DNA from: an uncultured Holophaga sp.
GTDB lineage: Bacteria > Acidobacteriota > Holophagae > Holophagales > Holophagaceae
Direction: 5' to 3'
Assembly: GCA_963664825.1 (NCBI GenBank)
Contig: OY761614.1
Coordinates: forward strand, 3,264,001-3,328,000
Length of the DNA: 64,000 nucleotides
The translations under genes were made by a program, and so were the position numbers. The notes beneath the pieces were generated by a model. The model did not search any database. It saw only the letters and a list, made by a program, of their open reading frames with translations, and was not told the DNA's origin. Positions 8,638 to 18,321 of this stretch are shown piece after piece. Each line of letters begins with the position of its first letter. Positions within the stretch are counted from its first letter, which is position 1.

Positions 8638-10143
8638 ATGGCACAGCTTGACCGGCTCCTTTCTCACCTCGCCCCCCGGGGTGCGGTGGCCCTATGGATG
8701 GAGCCCAACCAGCCGCCCATGCTGGAATCCCCGGAGGGAGCCGCGACCCCCCTGCTGCCCACGCCGGTGCCGCCGACCCTCCTGGAACATCTCGTGAAGG
8801 AGATCCTTCCGGGGAGCCAGGCCGAGGGCCTAGCCACCCACGGGGAAGCGGGTTTCCGCCACCAAGCCGGTGACCAAACTTTTGATGTGAAGGTGACCCG
8901 GGGACCCCTGGGATTCAGTCTGCGGGCGACTCCCGCAGACCCGGCGCCGAAGGCTGGCCTGGAACTGGCTGCGGAGACGCCCGTTCCCTCCGCGACAGCC
9001 CTGCCCGTGGCCGTGACGGCCGCGGCCCGGACCCACCCTCTGGCCGAGCGACTCTTCCGCGCCCTCCTGGACCACAAGGGTTCGGATATCCATTGCAGTT
9101 CCTTCGAAGTTCCCCTCGTGCGCGTCCATGGGGATCTGGAGGACCTGGAGGACTTCCCCCCCCTGGGGCCCAAGCAGCTCCTGGACCTCATGGAGGGCAT
9201 CGCGACCCCCTTGGCCTGGCAGAGCTTTGAAACCAAGCATGACGCGGACTTCGCATACGCCTATGAATCCGGCGGTTGCCGCCTGCGGGTCAACTTCTTC
9301 ATGGATCGCATGGGGCCCGGTTTCGTCTGCCGGGTGATCCCCAACGAGATCCCCGACCCCGATCAGCTGGGCATCCCGGATCCCGTCCGGCGTTTGGCCG
9401 AACTACCCAAGGGACTGGTGCTGGTGACGGGCCCCACGGGCAGCGGCAAGTCCACGACGCTGGCGGCCATCATCGATCTGGCCAACCGCAAGCGCACCGA
9501 TCACATCCTGACCATCGAGGATCCCATCGAGTTCGTCCACCCCCGGAAGAAATGCCTGGTGAACCAGCGGGAGGTCGGCACGCACACCGAGAGCTTCAAG
9601 ACTGGGCTCCGGGCCGCCCTACGGGAGGATCCCGATATCGTTCTCGTGGGTGAGATGCGCGACCTGGAAACCATCGCCATCGCCCTGGAAACGGCCGTCA
9701 CGGGCCATCTCGTCTTCGGCACGCTCCACACCAATAGCGCCATCGGAACCATGGATCGCATCGTGGATCAGTTCCCGGCGGATCGCCAGCAGCAGATCCG
9801 CGTCATGCTGGCCGATTCCTGCAAGGCCGTCATCAGCCAGATCCTCCTGAAGAAGATCGGCGGAGGCCGCGTGGCGGCCCTGGAGACCCTCTTCATCACA
9901 CCGGCCATCTCCAATCTGATTCGCGAGGGCAAGAACTTCCAGATCCCCAGCGCCATGCAGACCGGCCGGGCCTTCGGACAGAAACTCATGAATGACGCCA
10001 TCCTGGAGCTGGTCCAGTCCAAGATCGTCGAGCCCCAGGAAGCCTACATGAAGTGTCCAGACAAGGAGACTTTCATGGCCGCCCTCAAACGCGCCGATAT
10101 CGACTGGGATCCCCGCGGTCAGGACAGACCCATGGCGCTGTAG
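8638..10143 (+). CDS. pilT: Type IV pilus retraction ATPase PilT family
   Basis: GPTGSGKSTT, TIEDPIE, ALREDPD.VLVGEMRD, GHLVFGTLHT, AISNLIRE. Confidence 0.92.
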   Translation: MAQLDRLLSHLAPRGAVALWMEPNQPPMLESPEGAATPLLPTPVPPTLLEHLVKEILPGSQAEGLATHGEAGFRHQAGDQTFDVKVTRGPLGFSLRATPADPAPKAGLELAAETPVPSATALPVAVTAAARTHPLAERLFRALLDHKGSDIHCSSFEVPLVRVHGDLEDLEDFPPLGPKQLLDLMEGIATPLAWQSFETKHDADFAYAYESGGCRLRVNFFMDRMGPGFVCRVIPNEIPDPDQLGIPDPVRRLAELPKGLVLVTGPTGSGKSTTLAAIIDLANRKRTDHILTIEDPIEFVHPRKKCLVNQREVGTHTESFKTGLRAALREDPDIVLVGEMRDLETIAIALETAVTGHLVFGTLHTNSAIGTMDRIVDQFPADRQQQIRVMLADSCKAVISQILLKKIGGGRVAALETLFITPAISNLIREGKNFQIPSAMQTGRAFGQKLMNDAILELVQSKIVEPQEAYMKCPDKETFMAALKRADIDWDPRGQDRPMAL

Positions 10144-10169
10144 GGCAGGACACCGAAAGGTGCGTCTTT

Positions 10170-11165
10170 CTAGGTGCTGCGCTCCAGCAGGAGCTCGGGG
10201 ATATCCTGCAGGAGCTTCTGGAACTTCCGATCACCGGGAAGGCTGGCGATGGCTTCGGAGGCGGCAAGGCTGGCCTTGCGGGCGAGCTGCCGGGTTTCCG
10301 AGAGGGCGTCATGGCGGGCGATGAGCGCCTTGAGCTGGATTTCTTCGGCCTGGGGGATGGGCACTTCCTCGCCGCGGTCCCAGATGGTGCGGATGAGCGG
10401 CCGGACCTCGTCCGGTGAGCGTTCCATCAGGGTCAGCATCGGCAGGGTCAGTTTTCCTTCCCGCAGATCGGAGAAGGCGGGCTTTCCGAGCTGTTCGCTG
10501 GTGGCGGTGAAATCCAGCAGATCATCGGTGAGCTGGAAGGCCCGGCCGATGCCCAGGCCAAAGTTCCGCAGCGCAAGGCACTGGGAGGCTTCGCGGCCGG
10601 TCAAGACACCGGCCGTTTCGGTGCATCCGCCGAAGAGCAGGGCCGTCTTCCGCTCCTGGATATCGAAGTAGTCCTTGCGGGAGGTATCGAGCTTGAAGAG
10701 CACATCGTTCTGGATCAATTCCCCTTCGGTCATCCGGGTCGTGACCTCGGCCAGGATCTCCATCAGGCGCCAGTTCCGCCCCTGGATGGCGCTGGTCATG
10801 GCCTGCATGTAGAGGAGATCCCCGAAGAGCACCGTGAGCGTGTTGCCCCAGAGCCGATTGAGGGTGGGTTTGGCTCGGCGCAGTTGGGCGTGATCGATGA
10901 CATCGTCGTGGATGAGGGTGGCGGTGTGGATCAGTTCGAAGACCGCGCCGAAGCGCACATCGTCGTCGCCCTCGTAGCCCATGAATTTGGAGGCGAGGAG
11001 CACCAGCGCGGGCCGGAGGCGCTTCCCCTGCCCGCCCCTCACATGGGCCGCCAGCTTTTCCACCACCGGGACATCACCCTGGAGGAGGCTCTGGAGCTCC
11101 CGCTCCACCCGCGAGAGCTTGCCGGCGATGGGCGCGAAGTAGCCGAGGAGATCCAGCCGCGACAA
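10170..11165 (-). CDS. ispB: Polyprenyl diphosphate synthase
   Basis: GKRLRP, DDVID, KTA, FQLTDDLLD, GK...SDLREGK.TLP. Confidence 0.88.
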   Translation of the reverse strand: MSRLDLLGYFAPIAGKLSRVERELQSLLQGDVPVVEKLAAHVRGGQGKRLRPALVLLASKFMGYEGDDDVRFGAVFELIHTATLIHDDVIDHAQLRRAKPTLNRLWGNTLTVLFGDLLYMQAMTSAIQGRNWRLMEILAEVTTRMTEGELIQNDVLFKLDTSRKDYFDIQERKTALLFGGCTETAGVLTGREASQCLALRNFGLGIGRAFQLTDDLLDFTATSEQLGKPAFSDLREGKLTLPMLTLMERSPDEVRPLIRTIWDRGEEVPIPQAEEIQLKALIARHDALSETRQLARKASLAASEAIASLPGDRKFQKLLQDIPELLLERST

Positions 11166-11169
11166 GGGC

Positions 11170-11667
11170 CTAGCTCCGGAAATTCGTGAACTGCAGTTCC
11201 AGCCCCTGGTCGTTCTTCTTGAGCAGGGCCATGGCTTCCTGGAGATCGTCCTTGTTCTTGCCGGAAACCCGAAGCTGATCGCCTTGGATGGCCGCCTGCA
11301 CCTTCAGTTTGGCGTCCTTGAGCACCTTGACGAGGCCCTTGGCCTTCTCGGCGGGAATGCCCTGGAGGAGCTTGATCTCCTGGCGGACGGTGGCCTTGGT
11401 GGCGCCTTCGACCTTGCCGTATTCCAGGTTCTTGATGCTCACGCCGCGCTTGAAGAGCTTGGACTGGAGCACATCGATGACGGCCTTGAGCTTGATCTCG
11501 TCGTCGCTCTTAAGATGGAGCACAGCGTCATCCTTGAGCTCGATATCGGAGATGGAGCCCTTGAAATCGTAGCGCTGGGTGATCTCCTTCATGGCCTGCG
11601 CCAGGGCATTCTTCACCTCGGCGATGTCGACCTTGGACACCACATCGAACGAACAATCACTGGCCAT
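11170..11667 (-). CDS. yajQ: YajQ family cyclic di-GMP-binding protein
   Basis: [34 protein letters not shown]. Confidence 0.95.
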   Translation of the reverse strand: MASDCSFDVVSKVDIAEVKNALAQAMKEITQRYDFKGSISDIELKDDAVLHLKSDDEIKLKAVIDVLQSKLFKRGVSIKNLEYGKVEGATKATVRQEIKLLQGIPAEKAKGLVKVLKDAKLKVQAAIQGDQLRVSGKNKDDLQEAMALLKKNDQGLELQFTNFRS

Positions 11668-11714
11668 CGGTCCCTCCAAGTCAATACTCTAGCGCATCGG
11701 CGGTGGCCGATGAT

Positions 11715-12326
11715 TCAGTTCGAAGACTCGAGCCGTTTCCGGAAGGCCTCCCAACCTTCCCAGAGCCCCAGCCGGTAGAGGATGGCCAGGACCAGCGCGT
11801 GGTGGACCTCGCCACTATGGAGCTTCTCCTGCCATTCCCGCCAGGGCACGGCCCAGACTCTCAGTTCTTCCGAAGGATCCAGATCGAGATCAGCCACCGA
11901 GCGGCAATCCAGGGCCAGGAAGAAATGGCAGCGGTTGTCCTGGACGGCGGGGTTGGGTGTGCTCCAGCCCAGGGAGACCCAGTGCTCGCTGCGGTGCCCG
12001 GTCTCTTCCAGGAGTTCCCGGCGCGCGGCACCTGCGGGGTCCTCGCCGGGGTCGCAGACGCCTCCGATGGATTCCAGGGTGGAGGCGTCGATGCCATGGC
12101 GGAACTGCTCGACCACCAGCAGCTCGAGCCCCTCCGTGAAGGCGATGACATTGACCCAGTCCGGGCATTCGAGGCGGGTGAAGTCGTGGGTCCTCCCCGT
12201 ATGGGGCGAACGCCGCACCACGCCAATCTGGCGGAAGAGGCGCGTCTCGCCGCGGATGACGGCCGTCTCCCCTTCCCAGGCCCGGGAAGGATCGAAGTGG
12301 GGCGAATGCTGGGCCAGGAGGCGCAC
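11715..12326 (-). CDS. NUDIX hydrolase (ADP-ribose pyrophosphatase-like)
   Basis: Nudix box GGVCDPGED.AGAARRELLEETG; QFRH motif. Confidence 0.9.
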   Translation of the reverse strand: MRLLAQHSPHFDPSRAWEGETAVIRGETRLFRQIGVVRRSPHTGRTHDFTRLECPDWVNVIAFTEGLELLVVEQFRHGIDASTLESIGGVCDPGEDPAGAARRELLEETGHRSEHWVSLGWSTPNPAVQDNRCHFFLALDCRSVADLDLDPSEELRVWAVPWREWQEKLHSGEVHHALVLAILYRLGLWEGWEAFRKRLESSN

Positions 12327-12332
12327 GAGGTT

Positions 12333-12980
12333 CTACGCCTCCCGGAGCGGGTAATGGAAGAGGCTGAGCGCGTGATGGGTGATCATATCCAGGGCCTTTT
12401 CGTTCTCGGCCCCCGTGGGCACGATCACATCCGCCCAGCGTTTGCTCGGCTCGACGAATTCCAGATGCATGGGCCGGACGGATTCCAGGTACTGCTCGAT
12501 CACACTATCCACGTCCCGACCGCGCTCCTTGGTATCCCGCTGGATGCGCCGGAGGATCCGGATATCGGCGTCGGTATCCACGAAGATCTTCACATCCAGC
12601 TGCTCCCGCAGTTCGGGCAGGGCGAAGAGGAGGAGGCCCTCCAGGATCACCACCTGGGCCGGCGGCATTGGTTCCTCCCAGCCCACCCGGTCGGAGACGT
12701 TGAAATCGTAGATGGGTTTGCGGATGGCCTGCCCCTTGCGCAGCTTGGCGAGATGGGTGGCCATGAGCTCCAGATCGAAGGCATGGGGGTGATCCCAGTT
12801 GATGGCCCGACCATCGAAGCGGTGCTTCACCACCTCCAGGGGTGCGTAGTAGGCGTCCATGTCCAGGAGCAGGACACTCACACCATCCAATTGCAGGCGA
12901 CGGATGAGTTCCTGGGCAATGGAGGTCTTGCCGCTCCCGGAACCCCCCACGATCCCCATCAGCCAGCTTCGTTCAGGCAT
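12333..12980 (-). CDS. udk: Uridine kinase
   Basis: GGSGSGKT, NWDHPHAFD, ILEGL, RRIQRD..ERGR, EPSKRWAD. Confidence 0.95.
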   Translation of the reverse strand: MPERSWLMGIVGGSGSGKTSIAQELIRRLQLDGVSVLLLDMDAYYAPLEVVKHRFDGRAINWDHPHAFDLELMATHLAKLRKGQAIRKPIYDFNVSDRVGWEEPMPPAQVVILEGLLLFALPELREQLDVKIFVDTDADIRILRRIQRDTKERGRDVDSVIEQYLESVRPMHLEFVEPSKRWADVIVPTGAENEKALDMITHHALSLFHYPLREA

Positions 12981-13056
12981 CGAGCCCCCCTTCCCTCTAT
13001 CCTAACCCGCCCGGTGGCCCTTCATCCCGAGGGTGGATGGTGTTATCGTTCCGCAT

Positions 13057-13680
13057 ATGCTTCGCCCATACGTCCTTGCCCCGGCCGTTCTCATGCTCCT
13101 CGCGGTCTCCTGTGAATCAGAGGACCCCCGCCTGCCCCAGAATCTGTTGGACGAGGCGCAGCGACTAAGCCGGGACGGCAAGACCCTCGAAGCCAAGAGC
13201 ATGCTGGAGCGCATCGTTCAGCGCTACCCGGATACCCCCATGGGGAAGCAGGCCTACAACGACCTCTTCATCATCCAGAGCGCCCTCAAGCAGGAGATGC
13301 AGGAGAAACAGCGCCTGGTGCGGGCTTCCCTGCGGAGGGTCGTGGACGCCCTCACCCGCTACAAGACCAAGCACGGCGAATACCCCTGGACCCTCCAGGC
13401 CCTGGTGCCCGATTACCTGGACCTGGTGCCCGAGACCCCCTGGGGCCATCCGTTCCTGTACCGCCCCTTCGTGCCCAACCCCATCGAAGAACTCCGGGAC
13501 AAGCGCGGCCATATCACCCAGCGCATCAACACGCACTATGAGAGCTACCATCTGGCCTGTCTGGGCACGGATCTCCAGCCCGGTGGCGAGGATCTAGCCC
13601 AGGACACCCTGGTCATCGATGGCGACTTCATCAAGGAGAAGGTCTTCCCGCCCATCCCCATGCCCCAACCGGTGAGATGA
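13057..13680 (+). CDS. Lipoprotein with TPR-like helices and a GspG (T2SSG)-like C-terminal domain
   Basis: Lipobox LAVSC; Y...HGEYP..LQALV..YL...P.TPWG.PFLY...LGTD.QPGGED. Confidence 0.7.
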   Translation: MLRPYVLAPAVLMLLAVSCESEDPRLPQNLLDEAQRLSRDGKTLEAKSMLERIVQRYPDTPMGKQAYNDLFIIQSALKQEMQEKQRLVRASLRRVVDALTRYKTKHGEYPWTLQALVPDYLDLVPETPWGHPFLYRPFVPNPIEELRDKRGHITQRINTHYESYHLACLGTDLQPGGEDLAQDTLVIDGDFIKEKVFPPIPMPQPVR

Positions 13681-13685
13681 TCTGT

Positions 13686-13731
13686 CCTGAATGAAGAAGC
13701 GGCCCATCAGTGGGCCGCTTCTTCGTTCAGG
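13686..13731. terminator. Bidirectional intrinsic terminator-like hairpin
   Basis: CCTGAATGAAGAAGCGGCCCA-TCAG-TGGGCCGCTTCTTCGTTCAGG between convergent genes. Confidence 0.75.
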
Positions 13732-13745
13732 GTCCTAATTGGGGT

Positions 13746-14777
13746 TTACTTCACGCCCCAGTCCAATACCACCTTCCCGCTCTTTCCGCTGCCCATGGCC
13801 TCGAAGCCGGCCTTGAAATCCTCGATGGGGAAGCGGTGGGTGATGACCGGGCTGATATCCAGGCCACTCTGGAGCATGGCGGCCATCTTGTACCAGGTCT
13901 CGAACATCTCCCGGCCGTAGATGCCCTTGATGAAAAGGCCCTTGAAGAGGACCTTGCTCCAATCGATGGCGACATCGTCGGCGAAGATGCCGAGCATGGC
14001 GATGCGGCCGCCGTTAGACATGGCGTCGAGCATCGAACGGAAGGCCTGGGCATTGCCGCTCATCTCCAGGCCCACATCGAAGCCCTCGGTCATGCCCAAT
14101 TCGCGGGTGACGTCCTGGAGGTTTTCCTTACCCACGTTCACGGCGCGGGTGGCGCCGAGCTTGCGGGCCAGATCCAGACGGTATTCGTTCATGTCGGTGA
14201 TGACCACATTGCGGGCGCCCACATGCTTGGCGATGGCCGCCGCCATGATGCCGATGGGACCGGCGCCCGTGATGAGCACATCCTCGCCCACCATATTGAA
14301 GGAGAGGGCCGTGTGGGCGGCGTTACCGAAGGGATCGAAGATGGAGACCACGTCATCGGGGATCTCTGGGGGCACGGGGAAGACGTTTTCCGCCGGGATC
14401 GCCAGGTACTCGGCGAAGGCTCCCGGCCGATTTACGCCTACGCCCACGGTATTAGGGCAGAGATGACGCTTGCCGGCCCGGCAGTTGCGGCAATGGCCGC
14501 AAACGATGTGACCCTCGCCAGTGACCCGCTCGCCGCCCTTGTAGCCGGTCACGGCGCTGCCCACCTTTTCGATGACGCCCACGTATTCGTGGCCCACGTG
14601 CATGGGCACGGGGATGGTCTTCTGGCTCCAGGTATCCCAGTTCCAGATATGCATATCCGTGCCGCAGATGGCGGTCTTGTGGATGCGGATCAGCACATCG
14701 TTGGGTCCGACCTCGGGCACAGGGACATCCAGCATCACAAGGCCGGGTGCGCGTTCAGTCTTGACGAGGGCTCGCAT
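13746..14777 (-). CDS. tdh: L-threonine 3-dehydrogenase
   Basis: [31 protein letters not shown]. Confidence 0.97.
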   Translation of the reverse strand: MRALVKTERAPGLVMLDVPVPEVGPNDVLIRIHKTAICGTDMHIWNWDTWSQKTIPVPMHVGHEYVGVIEKVGSAVTGYKGGERVTGEGHIVCGHCRNCRAGKRHLCPNTVGVGVNRPGAFAEYLAIPAENVFPVPPEIPDDVVSIFDPFGNAAHTALSFNMVGEDVLITGAGPIGIMAAAIAKHVGARNVVITDMNEYRLDLARKLGATRAVNVGKENLQDVTRELGMTEGFDVGLEMSGNAQAFRSMLDAMSNGGRIAMLGIFADDVAIDWSKVLFKGLFIKGIYGREMFETWYKMAAMLQSGLDISPVITHRFPIEDFKAGFEAMGSGKSGKVVLDWGVK

Positions 14778-14814
14778 GGTTCCTCCTAGAGGAGTGAATT
14801 ACGACGAAAGCATT

Positions 14815-14888
14815 TCACCACGGAGGCACGGAGGGAACAGAACAAAACTGAATGATCTTTCTCCGTGGCCTCCGTGCCTCCGTGGTGA
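14815..14888. repeat. Intergenic palindrome with CACGGAGG subrepeats
   Basis: 20 bp perfect arms at 14815-14834 and 14869-14888. Confidence 0.85.
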
Positions 14889-14894
14889 TGTTCT

Positions 14895-16097
14895 TTACTT
14901 GATGACGCCCAGTTCCCGGCCCACCTTGGCAAAGGCCGCCACGGCCAGATCCAGGTCCTCCTTGGTGTGGGCCGCGGACATCTGGGTGCGGATCCTGGCC
15001 TGGCCCTTGGGCACCACCGGGAAGAAGAATCCCGTGACGTAGACGCCTTCATCCAGGAGCTTGGTGGCGAAGGTCTGGGCCAGGGGCGCATCAAAGAGCA
15101 TCACCGGCACGATGGGGTGCTCGCCGGGCTGGAGCTTGAAGCCCAGGGCCTCCATCTTGGTGCGGAAATAGCGGCCGTTTTCGTGAACGCGCTTGATGAG
15201 ATCGCCACTGGTTTCCAGGATCTCCAGCGTCTTGAGGGTGGCGGCCACGATGGAAGGGGCCACGGAATTGGAGAAGAGGTAGGGGCGGGCCTTCTGGCGC
15301 AGCCAATCGATAACCACCTTCTTGCCGGCGATGTAGCCCCCGCTGGCGCCGCCCATGGCCTTGCCGAAGGTGCCGGTGAGGATATCGATCCGGCCCATGA
15401 CGCCGCAGTGTTCATGGGTGCCGCGGCCATGTTCGCCCATGAAGCCCACGGCGTGGCTATCGTCGACCATGACCATGGCGCCGTATTTTTCGACCAGATC
15501 GCAGATCTGGGGCAGCTTGGCGATGTAGCCGTCCATGCTGAAGACGCCGTCGGTGACCACCAGCACGAAGCGGCAGGTGGAGGTGGCCTCCTTGAGTTGG
15601 GCCTCCAGATCGGCCATATCGGAATTGGCGTAGCGGAAGCGCTTGGCCTTGCAGAGGCGCACCCCATCGATGATGGAGGCGTGATTGAGGGCGTCGGAGA
15701 TGATGGCGTCCTCCTCTCCCAGCAGGGGCTCGAAGACCGCGCCATTGGCGTCGAAGCAGCTGGAGTAGAGCTGCGAATCCTCCATACCCAGGAAGGTGGC
15801 GAGCTTCTTCTCCAGTTTCTCGTGGATATCCTGCTTGCCGCAGATGAAGCGCACGGAGGCCATGCCGAAGCCATGGTCGTCCATGACGTTCTTGGCGGCC
15901 TGGATGATCTCTGGATTATTGGCCAGGCCCAGATAGTTATTGGCGCACAGGCACACGACCTTCTTGCCATTGGCCACCATGCGGGGCTGCTGGGGGGAGG
16001 TGATGGTGCGCTCGTTCTTGTAGAGGCCCTGATCCTTGAGGTTCTGGGTCTCGGTCTGGAGATGCTTCAGGAATTTAGGATTCACGGGGCTCCTCAC
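14895..16097 (-). CDS. kbl: Glycine C-acetyltransferase (2-amino-3-ketobutyrate CoA ligase)
   Basis: [41 protein letters not shown]; upstream of tdh. Confidence 0.97.
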   Translation of the reverse strand: MRSPVNPKFLKHLQTETQNLKDQGLYKNERTITSPQQPRMVANGKKVVCLCANNYLGLANNPEIIQAAKNVMDDHGFGMASVRFICGKQDIHEKLEKKLATFLGMEDSQLYSSCFDANGAVFEPLLGEEDAIISDALNHASIIDGVRLCKAKRFRYANSDMADLEAQLKEATSTCRFVLVVTDGVFSMDGYIAKLPQICDLVEKYGAMVMVDDSHAVGFMGEHGRGTHEHCGVMGRIDILTGTFGKAMGGASGGYIAGKKVVIDWLRQKARPYLFSNSVAPSIVAATLKTLEILETSGDLIKRVHENGRYFRTKMEALGFKLQPGEHPIVPVMLFDAPLAQTFATKLLDEGVYVTGFFFPVVPKGQARIRTQMSAAHTKEDLDLAVAAFAKVGRELGVIK

Positions 16098-16207
16098 GGG
16101 ATGAAAGCTACAGCAGCCAGTCTAGACCCGCCCTGGCCCCCTCCCCGTGCCCTAGGTCACAACCCCCGTGGCTTCGTGGCAGGATAGGAGCGTTCCCCGG
16201 AGACCCC

Positions 16208-16753
16208 ATGCGGCGCCTGCTGATCCTTCCCGTTCTCGTGCTCACCATGGCCTGCGGATCTTCCCGCCTGAGCCGCCGCGAGGCCGAATCCGATATCAAG
16301 AAGGACTACCCCGTGCGGGTAGCCCTCCGGGTGCCCGAAATCGCCAGCGCCCTGAAAGGCAGTCCCGAACATGCGCGACTGGTGCGCATGGAAGAGCAGC
16401 TCACCAAGAAGGGCTGGTTCGCCGTGGCCCGCACCATGGAAGGGGACCGGGAGCGCTTCATGTTTAAGGTCCTGGCTCAGGCCCCCAAGGATTTCCGCAC
16501 CGGAGCCAAGGGCATGGAGATTCCAGCCGCCGAGGCCCAGTTCCTGCGAGCCACGGGCATGGAAGCCACCCGGGACGGCGCCAGGGTGACCTACCAAGTG
16601 CGGCTGACCAACCCCACGGCCTACTTCCCCCTCTTCCAGGCCATCTATAACGCGCGCATCGGCGACACCAAGGAGCGCCACGCCACCTACCGCAAGGAGG
16701 GCCGTGCCTGGATGCTCCAGGACACAGACGAGACGTTCAAGAAGGCGGAATGA
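16208..16753 (+). CDS. Hypothetical lipoprotein
   Basis: MRRLLILPVLVLTMAC signal peptide with lipobox; GGAG RBS. Confidence 0.75.
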   Translation: MRRLLILPVLVLTMACGSSRLSRREAESDIKKDYPVRVALRVPEIASALKGSPEHARLVRMEEQLTKKGWFAVARTMEGDRERFMFKVLAQAPKDFRTGAKGMEIPAAEAQFLRATGMEATRDGARVTYQVRLTNPTAYFPLFQAIYNARIGDTKERHATYRKEGRAWMLQDTDETFKKAE

Positions 16754-16791
16754 CCCGTCGCTCCGGTATCCTAGGGCTACCGGAGCCCATC

Positions 16792-18321
16792 ATGCATCAT
16801 GAGCGCATCGCCATCCTCGACTACGGCAGCCAATACACGCGGCTGATCACGCGCAGGCTGCGGGAGCTGGGGGCCTTCGGGCTGGTCTATGGACCCGCCG
16901 CCACAGCCGAGGAGATTGCCGGTGCGGACCTGAGGGGCGTGATCCTCTCCGGCGGTCCCAATTCCGTGCTGGAGGCCGGGGCCCCCCCGGTTGACCCGGC
17001 CATCTTCGAATTGGGCGTGCCCATCCTGGGCATCTGCTACGGCCAGCAGCTCATGGCCCGGGATTTCGGTGGCCAGCTCCACCGGGCGGCCAAGCGCGAA
17101 TACGGCAAGGCCACCATCCAGGTGAGCGATGCCGATAGCGTCCTCTTCCAGGGCATGGAGAAGGACCAAGTGGTCTGGATGAGCCACGGCGATCACGTGG
17201 AAGTGGCCCCCGAGGGCTACCGGGTCACTGCCAAGACCCCGGGGGTTCCCGTGGCCGCCATGGAACACCGCGGCCTGCGGCGCTTCGGCATCCAGTTCCA
17301 TCCGGAAGTGACCCACACCCAGCATGGCAATGCCCTGCTCCTCAATTTCCTCCATGTCTGCGACATGAAGCTGGACTGGAACGCGGGCCACTTCATCGAA
17401 CAGAAGGTGGAGGCCATCCGCCGACAGGTGGGCCCAGGCACCGTGGTGCTGGGCCTCTCCGGCGGGGTGGATTCCAGCGTGGCCGCCCTCCTCTTGCACA
17501 AGGCCATCGGGGCCCAGCTCACCTGCGTCTTCGTCGATACCGGCCTCATGCGCAAGGACGAGATGAAGCAGGTCCAGGAGGCCTTCGCTCCCTTCGATCT
17601 GAAGGTGAAATGGGTGGATGCCTCCCAGGCCTTCCTCCGGGAACTCAAGGGCGTGAGCGACCCCGAGCAGAAGCGCAAGATCATCGGCCGGGTCTTCATC
17701 GAAGTCTTCGAGCAGGAGGCCAAGGCCACCCAGGCGCAGTTCCTGGGACAAGGCACCCTCTACCCCGATGTCATCGAATCCAGCGGCATCGGCGGGGCCG
17801 TGCTGGTGAAGAGCCACCACAACGTGGGAGGCCTGCCCGAGCGCATGAACATGCAGCTGGTGGAGCCCCTGCGGGAGCTATTCAAGGACGAAGTGCGCCG
17901 GGCGGGGCTCGCCCTGGGCCTGCCCGAGGACATGGTCTGGCGCCACCCCTTCCCAGGACCTGGCCTCGCCGTGCGCATCCCCGGCCCCATCACGCCTGAA
18001 CGCGTGAAGATCCTCCAGAAGGCCGACGCCATCTTCATGGAGGAGCTCAAACGCAGCGGCTGGTACAAGCTCAGCAGCCAAGCCTTTGCCGTCCTCCTGC
18101 CCGTGCAGACCGTGGGAATCATGGGCGATGAGCGCACCTACGAGAACATGTGCGCCCTGAGGGCAGTCACCAGCGAAGACTTCATGACCGCCGACTGGGC
18201 ACGCCTGCCCCACGAGCTCCTGGAAACCTGCGCCCAGCGCATCGTCAACGAGGTCAGGGGCATCAACCGCGTGGTCTTCGATATCACTTCCAAGCCGCCG
18301 GCGACGATCGAATATGAATAG
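16792..18321 (+). CDS. guaA: GMP synthase (glutamine-hydrolysing)
   Basis: GICYG, QFHPEV, SGGVDSSV, KSHHNVGG, HPFPGPGL, SKPPATIEYE. Confidence 0.98.
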   Translation: MHHERIAILDYGSQYTRLITRRLRELGAFGLVYGPAATAEEIAGADLRGVILSGGPNSVLEAGAPPVDPAIFELGVPILGICYGQQLMARDFGGQLHRAAKREYGKATIQVSDADSVLFQGMEKDQVVWMSHGDHVEVAPEGYRVTAKTPGVPVAAMEHRGLRRFGIQFHPEVTHTQHGNALLLNFLHVCDMKLDWNAGHFIEQKVEAIRRQVGPGTVVLGLSGGVDSSVAALLLHKAIGAQLTCVFVDTGLMRKDEMKQVQEAFAPFDLKVKWVDASQAFLRELKGVSDPEQKRKIIGRVFIEVFEQEAKATQAQFLGQGTLYPDVIESSGIGGAVLVKSHHNVGGLPERMNMQLVEPLRELFKDEVRRAGLALGLPEDMVWRHPFPGPGLAVRIPGPITPERVKILQKADAIFMEELKRSGWYKLSSQAFAVLLPVQTVGIMGDERTYENMCALRAVTSEDFMTADWARLPHELLETCAQRIVNEVRGINRVVFDITSKPPATIEYE

